A stretch of 64,000 bases of DNA from a virus. Taxonomy: Duplodnaviria; Caudoviricetes. Within the stretch, counting starts at the first letter, position 1; the number at the start of each line of letters is the position of its first letter. The notes under the pieces are model-generated. The model was not told where the DNA came from, did no database searches, and was given only the letters and a program-made list of their open reading frames with translations. Positions 10,993 through 20,083 of this stretch are shown piece after piece. Location: positions 106,679 to 170,678 of the IMG/VR virus record IMGVR_UViG_3300033075_001536. One strand, 5' to 3'. The position numbers were made by a program, and so were the translations under genes.

Positions 10993-11808
10993 ATGAGAAT
11001 CTTAAAATTTTTACCATTTTTCGAAAATATTTCTGAGAATCCAATTGCTGATATACAAGAATATAATCAGAAGATGAAAAATGCTTTTTTTGACAAGTTA
11101 TTTTTTCTTGGTAAGATAAAATTTGATGCTTTGGTGGATTTTGGATGTGCGGATGGATCTTTATTAGAAAAAATTAGCAAATATTCAAAAGCTGATTTAT
11201 TTGGATATGATGTTGAGCCACATGCTGTTGATCTATCAAAAAATAGACTTGGAAATAAAGCAACTATTCTAGATAATTGGCATGAAATTTTGGGACAAGT
11301 GAATGAATATCATTCACCAGCAATTTTACTAAGTTCCGTAATTCATGAAGTATATTCTTATGATAAATATGTAAATTATTTTTGGAATGATTGCGTTTTT
11401 AATGACAAATTCAAATATATTATTATTCGAGATATGATCCCATCTGGTGATATTGATGATGTCCATAACTTTTCAGAAGATGTTAGAAAGGTAAAATCAA
11501 AGATCAATAATAAATATTTAAATGACTTTGAAAAGATTTGGGGTAAAATGGAAGATAGTTATAGACAATTCGCACATTTCCTTTTGAAATATAAATATAT
11601 ACATAACTGGAATAGAGAAGTGAAAGAAAATTATCTTCCTTTGACCATTTCAGAATTAAAAGAAAAAATACCAAGTGGGTATGAAATTGTATATGAAAGT
11701 AATTTTATTCTTCCTTATTTGCAACAAGAAGTAAATAGAGATTTTGGGATTAAATTCAGACAACCAACACACACAAAGATGATTATAAAAAATAATAATT
11801 TCAAATGA
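10993..11808 (+). CDS. class I SAM-dependent methyltransferase
   Basis: LVDFGCADG motif I, GYDVE, SSVIHE. Confidence 0.75.
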   Translation: MRILKFLPFFENISENPIADIQEYNQKMKNAFFDKLFFLGKIKFDALVDFGCADGSLLEKISKYSKADLFGYDVEPHAVDLSKNRLGNKATILDNWHEILGQVNEYHSPAILLSSVIHEVYSYDKYVNYFWNDCVFNDKFKYIIIRDMIPSGDIDDVHNFSEDVRKVKSKINNKYLNDFEKIWGKMEDSYRQFAHFLLKYKYIHNWNREVKENYLPLTISELKEKIPSGYEIVYESNFILPYLQQEVNRDFGIKFRQPTHTKMIIKNNNFK

Positions 11809-12512
11809 TACACATTAGAAGATTTAACGAAAACATCATTGATTTCAATACGGATAATGTGAAGTCATTTAAGAAAGAACTATTTAAGGAACTCAAAAAG
11901 AAAGGTGCTGGTCATGGATATTTTGGACCGCCAAAGGGATTAAATCTACAAGAACTTAAAAAAATTGGAGATAAATATGACATTGAGGTGGTCGATTACG
12001 AGACATTTTTCAGAGAGCTTCCAACAAAGGAAGATCAAAAAACTGCTCCAAGGAAACATGGTGGTCCACCAGCATTTGCTTTAGTAAATCCAACTACACA
12101 TAAAGCTCGTGTAGTTCTTATTGCTCCAAAAGTTGATATTGGAATTGGTGAGATGATTTGTCATATGCTTACCCACGAAAATATACACATTCAACAATTT
12201 GCCAAAATTAAAGCAAAGAAAGGAAAGTTGGATGATTATGATGTTGCTCCTGGCAGTCCAAATGATAGAAAAAAATATTTCTCCGATAAAAAAGAAGTGA
12301 TGGCATTTTCACATTCAATTGTGGATATGCTAGTTAATCAACAAGGATGTGAAACATTTGAAGAATGTATAAAAAAATTGGACAGAAACCCAATTTGGGG
12401 AGATATTAGAAGAAGCTGTGATAAAGATATTCAAAACCGATATAAAAAATATATTTATCAATATCTAAAAAAAGAATTTCCAGATGAAGATCAAAAATTG
12501 GACAAAATTTAA
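11805..12512 (+). CDS. putative zincin-like metallopeptidase, CTS-like N-terminus
   Basis: LTHENIH (HExxH), KEVMAF. Confidence 0.55.
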   Translation: MIHIRRFNENIIDFNTDNVKSFKKELFKELKKKGAGHGYFGPPKGLNLQELKKIGDKYDIEVVDYETFFRELPTKEDQKTAPRKHGGPPAFALVNPTTHKARVVLIAPKVDIGIGEMICHMLTHENIHIQQFAKIKAKKGKLDDYDVAPGSPNDRKKYFSDKKEVMAFSHSIVDMLVNQQGCETFEECIKKLDRNPIWGDIRRSCDKDIQNRYKKYIYQYLKKEFPDEDQKLDKI

Positions 12513-13278
12513 TGAAAGTTCCGACAGTCATATTGTAAAAGGAGTTGAAATAACTAAATTTTTTCAAAGTGATAGATATAAAAAATTTATTCAACACTTT
12601 TTAATTGAAGAAAATGAATTAAAAGAATATTTTTCGGATGTGTTGGACGACAATTCTGATATTAAATTTGAATTAACCAAGGATACTATTTTTTTTCTTG
12701 GAAATAAAAGAGTATATGGATTTAAGCAAGCTGATTCATCTTTTATAAAATACAGCGTTTCTCTATTAAGGACGGATGGAAAGCCAACTAGTATTAAATC
12801 ATTTAAGGAATATTTGAATAAATATTTAGATCTATTAGAAGATATTGAAATTGCAATAGAAAGAATTCTAGATGATTATGATATTAAACATAAAGTTGAA
12901 GACAATATAGATCATTTTAGAGAACAAAAAAGTATAGTCATTTTATTTTACAAGGAAATTCCTTTTAAAGAGCTAATGTCTGAATTTAAATTATTTTTAG
13001 CAGAAAATGATGCTTCATCTTGGTTAGTGAAAGGAATTTCAGAATTTAAAAAAATATTTACGGAATTTGGTGCTCCTGAAAGTTTTAAACTAGAAGACCA
13101 CATTGATCTTCATCCAGATTGGGAAGAAAATGAGTTTGGTGATGTGGTGGTTGGTGTGTCGCTTAATGATGAAATATCTGCTATTGGAACCATTGATAAA
13201 GAAACGGGACAAATTGATTATAATACCAATGAAATAGAAAAAGTAATAGAAGAATTATTTGAAAATGAAATACATTAA
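12484..13278 (+). CDS. hypothetical protein, CTS-like N-terminus
   Basis: MKIKNWTKFNES. Confidence 0.6.
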   Translation: MKIKNWTKFNESSDSHIVKGVEITKFFQSDRYKKFIQHFLIEENELKEYFSDVLDDNSDIKFELTKDTIFFLGNKRVYGFKQADSSFIKYSVSLLRTDGKPTSIKSFKEYLNKYLDLLEDIEIAIERILDDYDIKHKVEDNIDHFREQKSIVILFYKEIPFKELMSEFKLFLAENDASSWLVKGISEFKKIFTEFGAPESFKLEDHIDLHPDWEENEFGDVVVGVSLNDEISAIGTIDKETGQIDYNTNEIEKVIEELFENEIH

Positions 13279-13831
13279 AAAATTTGAAGAAATAAAACTA
13301 ACACTAAAAGATGATCTAGGGACATATTTCTACAACCTAGGTGATATGGATGGATTTAATTTGGAATACAGACCAGATGACTTCTATTTTTTTAAACTAT
13401 CTCATATGGACGGATCCTTTGAATATAACATGGATATTTTTGATGAGATACAAGAGTCATTGGATCGTGCGGCTGATGATGGATTAAAATTAGATAGAAG
13501 TTGGATAGAACCGAATATACCTGAATTTATGTCGAGTGTTGCTTGTGATAGAAAGACAGCAATAAAAAATAAATGGAATTCGATTTGGATACCAATGTCT
13601 AATAATGAATACCCTAGTCCAAATGATTTAAGATTTTCTAAATTTCCTATTTATAGAAAAATTTATGTTGATAGCAAAAATAAAAAAATGGAATCCATGG
13701 TAAGGTCAAATAAAAAGATGGATATGGATGTTGAATATCCGACCTCTCCATCTGATTTTATTTATACCAATAATTTAAAAAGTATTACTTTTTTATTTTT
13801 TGAGCAAGACTTAAAAAAATCTAAATATTAA
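13265..13831 (+). CDS. hypothetical protein, CTS-like N-terminus
   Basis: MKYIKKFEE from ATG 13265. Confidence 0.6.
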   Translation: MKYIKKFEEIKLTLKDDLGTYFYNLGDMDGFNLEYRPDDFYFFKLSHMDGSFEYNMDIFDEIQESLDRAADDGLKLDRSWIEPNIPEFMSSVACDRKTAIKNKWNSIWIPMSNNEYPSPNDLRFSKFPIYRKIYVDSKNKKMESMVRSNKKMDMDVEYPTSPSDFIYTNNLKSITFLFFEQDLKKSKY

Positions 13832-15272
13832 TAGACTCAATTCTTTTAAACATCTCATTTCTGTCGGATTCTAACCATTTCATGATGTCTAAAACTTTAT
13901 CAGAAAATCCCGCCAAACAAAATACATTAGATTCTGGAAATTGTAAAGTCCCAAGTCCAGCCATATCCCAAGAATAAATAAATGGATTTGCACCAAATTT
14001 ATTTTTATAATCGTTATATGCGGCTTTTGGTGTATAGTGTCCCATCCACCCTTGCATGTCGGATAGAATTATAACCCTATCATATTTTTTATTAGCCACT
14101 TTAAATATATTATGAAAATTCGTGCCGCCTCCGTTAAAACTAAATGAATTTTTAATAGTCATCACTGAATCCAATGGATTGTATGATTCATATTTAGCAG
14201 TGGTGTCGAAAGTCATCACATCACAATTGTTTGCTTTTGCTAAAACAGCGGTGAATAGACCAGCAATTTCATGTGCTCTACCTCTCATAGACCCTGATGT
14301 ATCTAAAGCAATTAAAGTTTCTCCTTCAAATTTTGGAACATTTGAAACAGATATATCCAGAGCCTTTGAAATAGCAACTTGAACATCACGAACTTCCTTA
14401 GAAGATCCTAATTTTCCAATTTCGTCATAAGCTGTTTTAAATCTAAATGGAAGAATACGAGATCCTTTAACCATTTGCTCATTTTGTAGTAGCTCACAAA
14501 CTTGTGGAATAATTCCAGGAGCTTGATTGATTATATTTCTTAAATTCCTCAATAGAGCAAAATATCCAATTTTTTTGGATCCAATAAGTTCTCCCCAAGC
14601 ATCCGCCTTTAATTTAGACAAATCTTCTCCTGTTTCAGATGCTTTTTGACCAGCTTCTGATAACTTAGCTTCCCAAGTTTCGGTAGATTTTAGTCCACCT
14701 TTAATAAGAGATTCTAAAGCAAGTTTATTTCTATCAGTTGGCACTGGGTGAACTATGTTTACCAAGTCAACTAATTTAATTTCTTTATTTTCTCCGCGAT
14801 ATTTCGCAAGTTGATAAGCATCAAATTTATCAAATGCTTTTGCAAATCCTTTTTTCAAAGAATTTGGAAATTTTGGAGATTTCTTATCGGTTTTATTATT
14901 TAGATAATAAGATAATATTTCAAGCATATCATCTACACGAACAACTACTTTATCATAGAAATTCTTAGACCATTCTTTTCCTGAGGAATAAGATGCTAAT
15001 TCACCCGCAAGAGCATGTGAAATACTTCTCATACCAAATTCATCACGAGCAAAAATTGCAGCTTTTGCAGCAAACTCCGGATCTACTTTTGATAAATGAT
15101 TTTTTAGATCTTTCAAGGAATCATCCGCAGAACGATAGAATTCATTATTAACAAATGATGTTAGTAGCAAAGAAACCAAAGCTAGCTTATCTGATTCTTT
15201 ATAGGCTTCTCCGCCAGCTTTATTGATGGTTAGAGTTTTTGGTCTTGTTAGTGTTGTGTTAAATTTTGACAT
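13821..15272 (-). CDS. rsr: Ro60/Rsr RNA-binding protein (TROVE + vWA)
   Basis: NKAGGEAY, AIFARDEFGMRS, YQLAKY, ALLRNLRNI, ILPFRF, MIDAS DTSGSM, GGGTNF, ILSDMQ. Confidence 0.93.
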   Translation of the reverse strand: MSKFNTTLTRPKTLTINKAGGEAYKESDKLALVSLLLTSFVNNEFYRSADDSLKDLKNHLSKVDPEFAAKAAIFARDEFGMRSISHALAGELASYSSGKEWSKNFYDKVVVRVDDMLEILSYYLNNKTDKKSPKFPNSLKKGFAKAFDKFDAYQLAKYRGENKEIKLVDLVNIVHPVPTDRNKLALESLIKGGLKSTETWEAKLSEAGQKASETGEDLSKLKADAWGELIGSKKIGYFALLRNLRNIINQAPGIIPQVCELLQNEQMVKGSRILPFRFKTAYDEIGKLGSSKEVRDVQVAISKALDISVSNVPKFEGETLIALDTSGSMRGRAHEIAGLFTAVLAKANNCDVMTFDTTAKYESYNPLDSVMTIKNSFSFNGGGTNFHNIFKVANKKYDRVIILSDMQGWMGHYTPKAAYNDYKNKFGANPFIYSWDMAGLGTLQFPESNVFCLAGFSDKVLDIMKWLESDRNEMFKRIESINI

Positions 15273-15289
15273 ATATTTATATTTTATTT

Positions 15290-15457
15290 TTAATAGTTGT
15301 ATGCTTTGTCTAATAGCTCTTTTAATTTCTCTTCTGTAAAGTATTCCTCTTCACTTTTTATTATCTCAATTAGTGCTTCTGCCATTCCGGCTCCAGACCA
15401 TTCATCATAATCTACTCTATTGTCCACTAAATAATTTAAAGCTTCAATTTTTTTCAT
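15290..15457 (-). CDS. 55-aa hypothetical protein between ncRNAs and Ro60
   Basis: Manual translation MKKIEALNYLVDNRVDYDEWSGAGMAEALIEIIKSEEEYFTEEKLKELLDKAYNY. Confidence 0.6.
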   Translation of the reverse strand: MKKIEALNYLVDNRVDYDEWSGAGMAEALIEIIKSEEEYFTEEKLKELLDKAYNY

Positions 15458-15480
15458 TTGTCTTTATATTTTTTTAAATT

Positions 15481-15527
15481 AAAAAACCAGAATAAAAATT
15501 CATTTCTGAAAATTCACTCTGGTTTTT
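15481..15527 (-). terminator. intrinsic terminator downstream of long ncRNA
   Basis: minus strand CCAGAGTGAA...TTTATTCTGG stem (G-U pairs) followed by U6. Confidence 0.6.
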
Positions 15528-15537
15528 ATTTATAAGG

Positions 15538-15793
15538 TGCAAACAAGAAAATCTAGACTAAGATTGTCGCAAAGATTTATTTTCTGAAACTTTACCGGCT
15601 GTGTGAGGCTTCAGTCATGCCTGTTATATTTTTTACAAGATATTTACAAATAACTTGAACTCTTAAAGGTTGTTATCCTAATTTTTTCACCAAATTGTCT
15701 GTTTCAATCTTTTTGGTAGTTGTAGCTATCAGCTCTAAACACTTTCCGTTTTAATAGTAGTCGAAGTAACTCAGAACTATTACTATGTTTGCA
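15538..15793 (-). ncRNA. candidate Y RNA, long form (~256 nt)
   Basis: Terminal stem TGCAAACA/TGTTTGCA, inner CTGAG/CTTAG; shares TAGTAAT, GAGTTACTTCGA and TTTCT with the neighbouring element; upstream of Ro60. Confidence 0.7.
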
Positions 15794-15805
15794 TTTTTTA
15801 AAAAA

Positions 15806-15873
15806 ACAAGAGAAAGTTTTCAAAGAGTGTTTTTTGATTCCATATCGAAGTAACTCTTTAAATTACTACTTGT
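15806..15873 (-). ncRNA. candidate Y RNA, short form (~68 nt)
   Basis: ACAAG/CTTGT and TAAAGAGT/ACTCTTTG stems, same conserved motifs; begins 6 nt after a promoter-like motif. Confidence 0.7.
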
Positions 15874-15879
15874 GTCTTC

Positions 15880-15905
15880 TTATATTTGAACAAGAAAAAA
15901 AGTTT
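15880..15905 (-). promoter_or_regulatory. bipartite promoter-like motif AAACT-N14-AATATAA
   Basis: Same motif at 22448, 32689, 40917, 57099. Confidence 0.55.
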
Positions 15906-15990
15906 TAAATTTATTAAAAAATCTTTTCTGTGTTCAAATATTTGTAGTAGTATATAGTGTACCTAAAATTTGAATTTTTATGAAGGTGGA

Positions 15991-16644
15991 TTATTTATGA
16001 TTAAATAGAGCTAATGTAAAATCCTCACTAGAATAATCATTGATTAGACTTAATTCACTTTTTAGTCCGTGTGATAGATATTTCTTTAGCAAATTTTGGT
16101 TGTAGTAGGTATATCTTAATGTTTTGTGGTTTTTGGTTTGTCTAACATTACTCGATATTCTATCTTTATCATTTTCGATAAAATTGGCCATAATTCCTTT
16201 ATTACATATTGTTTGTCCATATTTAAAGAACTCTAAAACATCTCTTTCATTCATCCCAACTGTAAATACCCCAGACGCAACGATCCAATCATGATTCTCT
16301 TTTATATCATGTATGCTATCCACTACTTTAAATTTTCTATCTGGATATTTCTTTTTTGCATTTTTAATCATACTTTTTTGAATATCCACTCCTAGATAAT
16401 CTACCTTTTTCTGCATTGCGTCTGCCCATCTAGATAGATCACCTAATCCACAACCGTAGTCTAGTAAACTATCACCACTTTTTATGTATTTCAAAAACAC
16501 ATTAAATCTATCTCTTTGTGATCCAGAACTAACCCACCCCACCGCATCTGGGTCATAAATATCCTTCGTACATCTGTGTTGGTAGAAATCTTCTATAAAT
16601 TTCCTTGGATTTTTAAGTTCTTCGAATAATTTTAAATATTGCAT
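15991..16644 (-). CDS. class I SAM-dependent methyltransferase, CTS-like N-terminus
   Basis: LLDYGCGLGD, GVDI, DWIVASGVF. Confidence 0.85.
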   Translation of the reverse strand: MQYLKLFEELKNPRKFIEDFYQHRCTKDIYDPDAVGWVSSGSQRDRFNVFLKYIKSGDSLLDYGCGLGDLSRWADAMQKKVDYLGVDIQKSMIKNAKKKYPDRKFKVVDSIHDIKENHDWIVASGVFTVGMNERDVLEFFKYGQTICNKGIMANFIENDKDRISSNVRQTKNHKTLRYTYYNQNLLKKYLSHGLKSELSLINDYSSEDFTLALFNHK

Positions 16645-16659
16645 TTAATATATATTAAA
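16645..16659. promoter_or_regulatory. palindromic bidirectional late-promoter-like box AATATATATT
   Basis: Fills the 15-bp gap between two divergent start codons. Confidence 0.65.
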
Positions 16660-17013
16660 ATGAGAATCAAATTATTTAAAGACTTCAATGAGCATTTTTC
16701 AATTGGCCCAGTTCCAATCGTAAGAGAAGAAAGACTTATTTCTTTTACTAGAAAAGCATTTGCTGAGTTTAATGAATGGAAACTAACTGATAAATTTATG
16801 CAAGATAAGATCATTAAATTAATTGAAGATACGATTCGAGATCCATTTAGAGGACTTGGAAAACCAGAACAATTAAAAGGTCGTGGTAAAAAACACGGAC
16901 ATCTAAATAAAGCTTCTTGGTCAAGAAGAATTTCTGATGAGCATAGACTAGTCTATGAGGTTTCCGGAACAGACATTAAAATAACTTCTTGTAAGGGACA
17001 TTATGATGATTAA
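16660..17013 (+). CDS. yoeB: YoeB/Txe-family ribosome-dependent mRNA interferase, CTS-like N-terminus
   Basis: PFRGLGKPEQLK, WSRRISDEHRLVY, C-terminal GHY; start reassigned to ATG 16660. Confidence 0.9.
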   Translation: MRIKLFKDFNEHFSIGPVPIVREERLISFTRKAFAEFNEWKLTDKFMQDKIIKLIEDTIRDPFRGLGKPEQLKGRGKKHGHLNKASWSRRISDEHRLVYEVSGTDIKITSCKGHYDD

Positions 17014-17500
17014 GTCTTTTGGTAATTTTATTAATGAAAATGTTAAATCTGAATTAGATTCAATATTGTATCTATTAACTGATTTAGGACTTGAGGCCAC
17101 AGTTGAAGGATGGGATATAATCTCAAAGAGATGGTCTATTGTTAATTTAGATTCAATAATTGGTGTGTTACTCACAACAAAGTCCTTGAGTGATAGTATT
17201 GACTATCGAATAAAGATTACTAAAAGGTTAATGGGAAATAGAAATCCGGCAATTCCAATACGAATGGAGGATATCAATTATTTTAAAAATTTGCACGAAA
17301 CTTCGGAATATCAAGAATTTTTAGATAGACTTAGTGAATTTTGTGAAAATAAATATATTATAAAACCTTCTAATAATATTTATCCTCTAAAAGGTAGTGT
17401 TGAAGTAAATATTGGGGATTTGAGTGATATTGTCGGTGATTATACCATCGGTCTTGTTAGAATTATTTTCCTAACCAAAATTAAAAATCCGAACCTTTAG
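17003..17500 (+). CDS. hypothetical protein, CTS-like N-terminus
   Basis: MMIKSFGNFINE; ILYLLTDLGL family motif. Confidence 0.6.
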   Translation: MMIKSFGNFINENVKSELDSILYLLTDLGLEATVEGWDIISKRWSIVNLDSIIGVLLTTKSLSDSIDYRIKITKRLMGNRNPAIPIRMEDINYFKNLHETSEYQEFLDRLSEFCENKYIIKPSNNIYPLKGSVEVNIGDLSDIVGDYTIGLVRIIFLTKIKNPNL

Positions 17501-17517
17501 TAGATTCGGATTTTTTT
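17483..17517. terminator. bidirectional intrinsic terminator
   Basis: AAAAATCCGAA...TTCGGATTTTT between convergent genes. Confidence 0.75.
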
Positions 17518-17519
17518 AT

Positions 17520-20063
17520 TTAACATTTGCTATATCCACACTGTGAGCATTTAAAACACCCCTCACTCATTATCATAGTTCCTTCCATGAAACATTCTGG
17601 ACAAGCTTCTTTTACTTTACTAACATCCAAATATTTTTTCAAAGAACGAGCAATTGCCTTATTGAATGATATGACAATTCCTTTAGCTTTTAGTAGTTGT
17701 TCATAAATAAAATGTATATCTGCACCATGCCTCAGAGAAGTAGAAATCATTCTTGTTAATGCCTCTTCTTCATCCGACTCAAAATGTTCAGAAATGTTTT
17801 CTAAAGTAAATGTATCCTCTGGATCTGGTCCTAATTTCACAATTAAGCTATAACATCCGCTTCTAACTTTTGATAGTTTTCCTTCTTTCCATCTTGGAGA
17901 AAGTGCTAAATTTTTCTTTTTGAATGCAAATACCTCATATGGATCCTTGCCCATCAATCCAACAATAACGACCCAATTATTTCCTTGAACTGTTAGGTGG
18001 TGTATATCACAATCTAATGTTTTTGGTCTTTTTAAAGCAGTTGTCTTTTTAATAGAAGTCATTTCTTCCTTTGAGTCTATAGCAGACAATACAGAAGTCA
18101 TGGTTCCAGCTCTATAAGTTGTTACACCTTTAATTACTCCTGTATTATAAGCATCTTTATATACCTTTTTGAAGTCTTCGAATGGATATTCATTTGGAAA
18201 GTTTAGTGTTTTACTCATTGCAGAGTCAATATATTTTGCAAATACAGCCATGGTGTTTACATGTTCATCTGTATTCAACTCTGATGTTGTGGCTGCCCAA
18301 GAAGCTGTTGAGTCCCACTCGTTAAGATCTTCTAAATATCTAACCGCGTAATCTTTGACAACAGTTTCTCTTAGAAGTCCTCTTGACTTATCAAATTTCC
18401 AATTATATCCTTCAAAAGTTGTTTTTAGAAGATTTTCATCACCTTCTTTAATCCATACCCATGCAGTATCACCATCCACCTGATAAGTTTTATTTTCCCA
18501 ATCAATGTTTTTAGGTTTGTGTAGACCATCTGGTGCATATGGAAATATAGTTGTTCTTACATACATTGGCATAAACAATGGCTCTAGTCCACCAGATACA
18601 TTGTTTGCAAAAACACTGGAATTTCCAGTAGGTTGAATAGATAAGAGATGAGAGTTTCTAAGTCCATATTTATTAATCATATCAACTGTTTCAGAAGATA
18701 GATTTTTAATGAAATTTCCAGCCATATATTTGACTTTATCAAACATTGGAAATACACCTTTTTCCTCAGCTAATTGTGCAGATGCTTGGTAAGCAGTATT
18801 TGCTATAAATGACATTAATTTTTCAGTTAAATTAATTCCATCCTTTGAGCCATATCTTGTTTTTAACATCATTAACGCAGATCCATATCCCATTACACCT
18901 AATCCAATTCTTCTTTTGTCTTTTAAATTTTTCTTTTGAGACTCTAGTGGAACATTTGTCTTATCATTGACATTATCCATAAATCGAACAGCAATTGGAA
19001 TTATTTTAGATAATTTTTTGTAATCCCAATCTCTATTTTCAAAATCCACAAATTGTGTCAGATTTAGTGATCCAAGTAAACAAACTCCTCCGATTGGTAA
19101 AATTTGTTCTCCACATGGGTTGGTTGCATTAATATATTCACAATAATATAAATTATTTAAACGATTCATTAAATCAACAAATAGAATACCTGGCTCATTT
19201 CGATTGTAAGTGGATCTCATGATAATATCCCACAACTCGTTAGCATTTTGATAGGTTTTATAAATTATTGTTTTATATCCTTTTGATTTCCATTCTCTTA
19301 TATTTCCGTTCCATTCTTTTTTATACTCTGTTGAATTGGTTTCATAATCTGGGAATTCTAAATTCCAAGATAGATTATTTTCTACAGCATTCATAAAATC
19401 ATCTGTTACTAGAACAGACATATTAAATTTGGTTAGTCTTCCTGGAGTTTGTTTTGAAGTGATAAATTCTTCAATATCTGGGTGCCAAATACTCATGGTG
19501 ACCATTTGAGCACCTTTTCTTATTTTTTGTTTTGACTTTTCTTTCTTGGTTTTTTGGCCAGATCCTTCTGTAATAACGGAAGATTGTGTGTCCCACATAT
19601 CTAACATTCTGATTGATCCTGGACTTTCGTTCCCAATTCCACGGATAAAAGCTCCTCTGGGTCTCATCACATCTGCGCAAAATCCATACCCACCTTCTGA
19701 CTTTAAAATCAAAGCTTGTCTTCTTAATGTGTCTAGAATTCCTTCCATTGAATCTTGATCTTCACCAACAAATCCATCGACAAAACAGTTGATATAGGTA
19801 GTTCCTTTCAATCCTGTTCCAGCATTGGAAGTAATTCTCCCACCAGGAACGAATTTAAAGTCTTCTAACAATTTTAGAAATTGTGTTGTCCAGTATTCTG
19901 GATCTTTTTCAATACTTGCTAAATCTTTAGCAACTCTTAATTGAGTATCATTGATGGTCTCATTACCAAATCGATAAGTTTGTTCATAAACCTCTTTAGA
20001 AAATTCATCGATAAATTTTGTGTTTGATCTATATTGATCTGTTTTTTGATCTATTACTTGCAT
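17520..20063 (-). CDS. nrdJ: class II (adenosylcobalamin-dependent) ribonucleotide reductase
   Basis: PGGRI, NCFV, TNPCGEQ, VCLLGSLNL, IQPTG, C-terminal Zn ribbon CPEC..CSQCGYSKC; no beta subunit adjacent. Confidence 0.88.
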   Translation of the reverse strand: MQVIDQKTDQYRSNTKFIDEFSKEVYEQTYRFGNETINDTQLRVAKDLASIEKDPEYWTTQFLKLLEDFKFVPGGRITSNAGTGLKGTTYINCFVDGFVGEDQDSMEGILDTLRRQALILKSEGGYGFCADVMRPRGAFIRGIGNESPGSIRMLDMWDTQSSVITEGSGQKTKKEKSKQKIRKGAQMVTMSIWHPDIEEFITSKQTPGRLTKFNMSVLVTDDFMNAVENNLSWNLEFPDYETNSTEYKKEWNGNIREWKSKGYKTIIYKTYQNANELWDIIMRSTYNRNEPGILFVDLMNRLNNLYYCEYINATNPCGEQILPIGGVCLLGSLNLTQFVDFENRDWDYKKLSKIIPIAVRFMDNVNDKTNVPLESQKKNLKDKRRIGLGVMGYGSALMMLKTRYGSKDGINLTEKLMSFIANTAYQASAQLAEEKGVFPMFDKVKYMAGNFIKNLSSETVDMINKYGLRNSHLLSIQPTGNSSVFANNVSGGLEPLFMPMYVRTTIFPYAPDGLHKPKNIDWENKTYQVDGDTAWVWIKEGDENLLKTTFEGYNWKFDKSRGLLRETVVKDYAVRYLEDLNEWDSTASWAATTSELNTDEHVNTMAVFAKYIDSAMSKTLNFPNEYPFEDFKKVYKDAYNTGVIKGVTTYRAGTMTSVLSAIDSKEEMTSIKKTTALKRPKTLDCDIHHLTVQGNNWVVIVGLMGKDPYEVFAFKKKNLALSPRWKEGKLSKVRSGCYSLIVKLGPDPEDTFTLENISEHFESDEEEALTRMISTSLRHGADIHFIYEQLLKAKGIVISFNKAIARSLKKYLDVSKVKEACPECFMEGTMIMSEGCFKCSQCGYSKC

Positions 20064-20083
20064 TCATATTTGTTATTTTTTTA

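Noticed and set aside
15605-15680. Short matches in the long ncRNA loop to the 23S rRNA peptidyl-transferase region (GGATAACA, AAGAGTTCA, ATAACAGGC)
   Set aside because: 8-9-mers are expected by chance against a ~2.9-kb rRNA and the spacing differs. rRNA mimicry is not supported without conservation data.
15761-15856. Repeated TCGAAGTAACTC as a CRISPR or tRNA remnant
   Set aside because: Only two copies, no spacer periodicity and no cloverleaf. Better explained as the shared motif of two ncRNAs.
15882-15941. Third hairpin (ATATTTGAACA...TGTTCAAATAT) as another Y-like RNA
   Set aside because: Lacks the TAGTAAT and GTTACTTCGA motifs and overlaps the promoter-like motif. It may be regulatory, but I cannot support a call.
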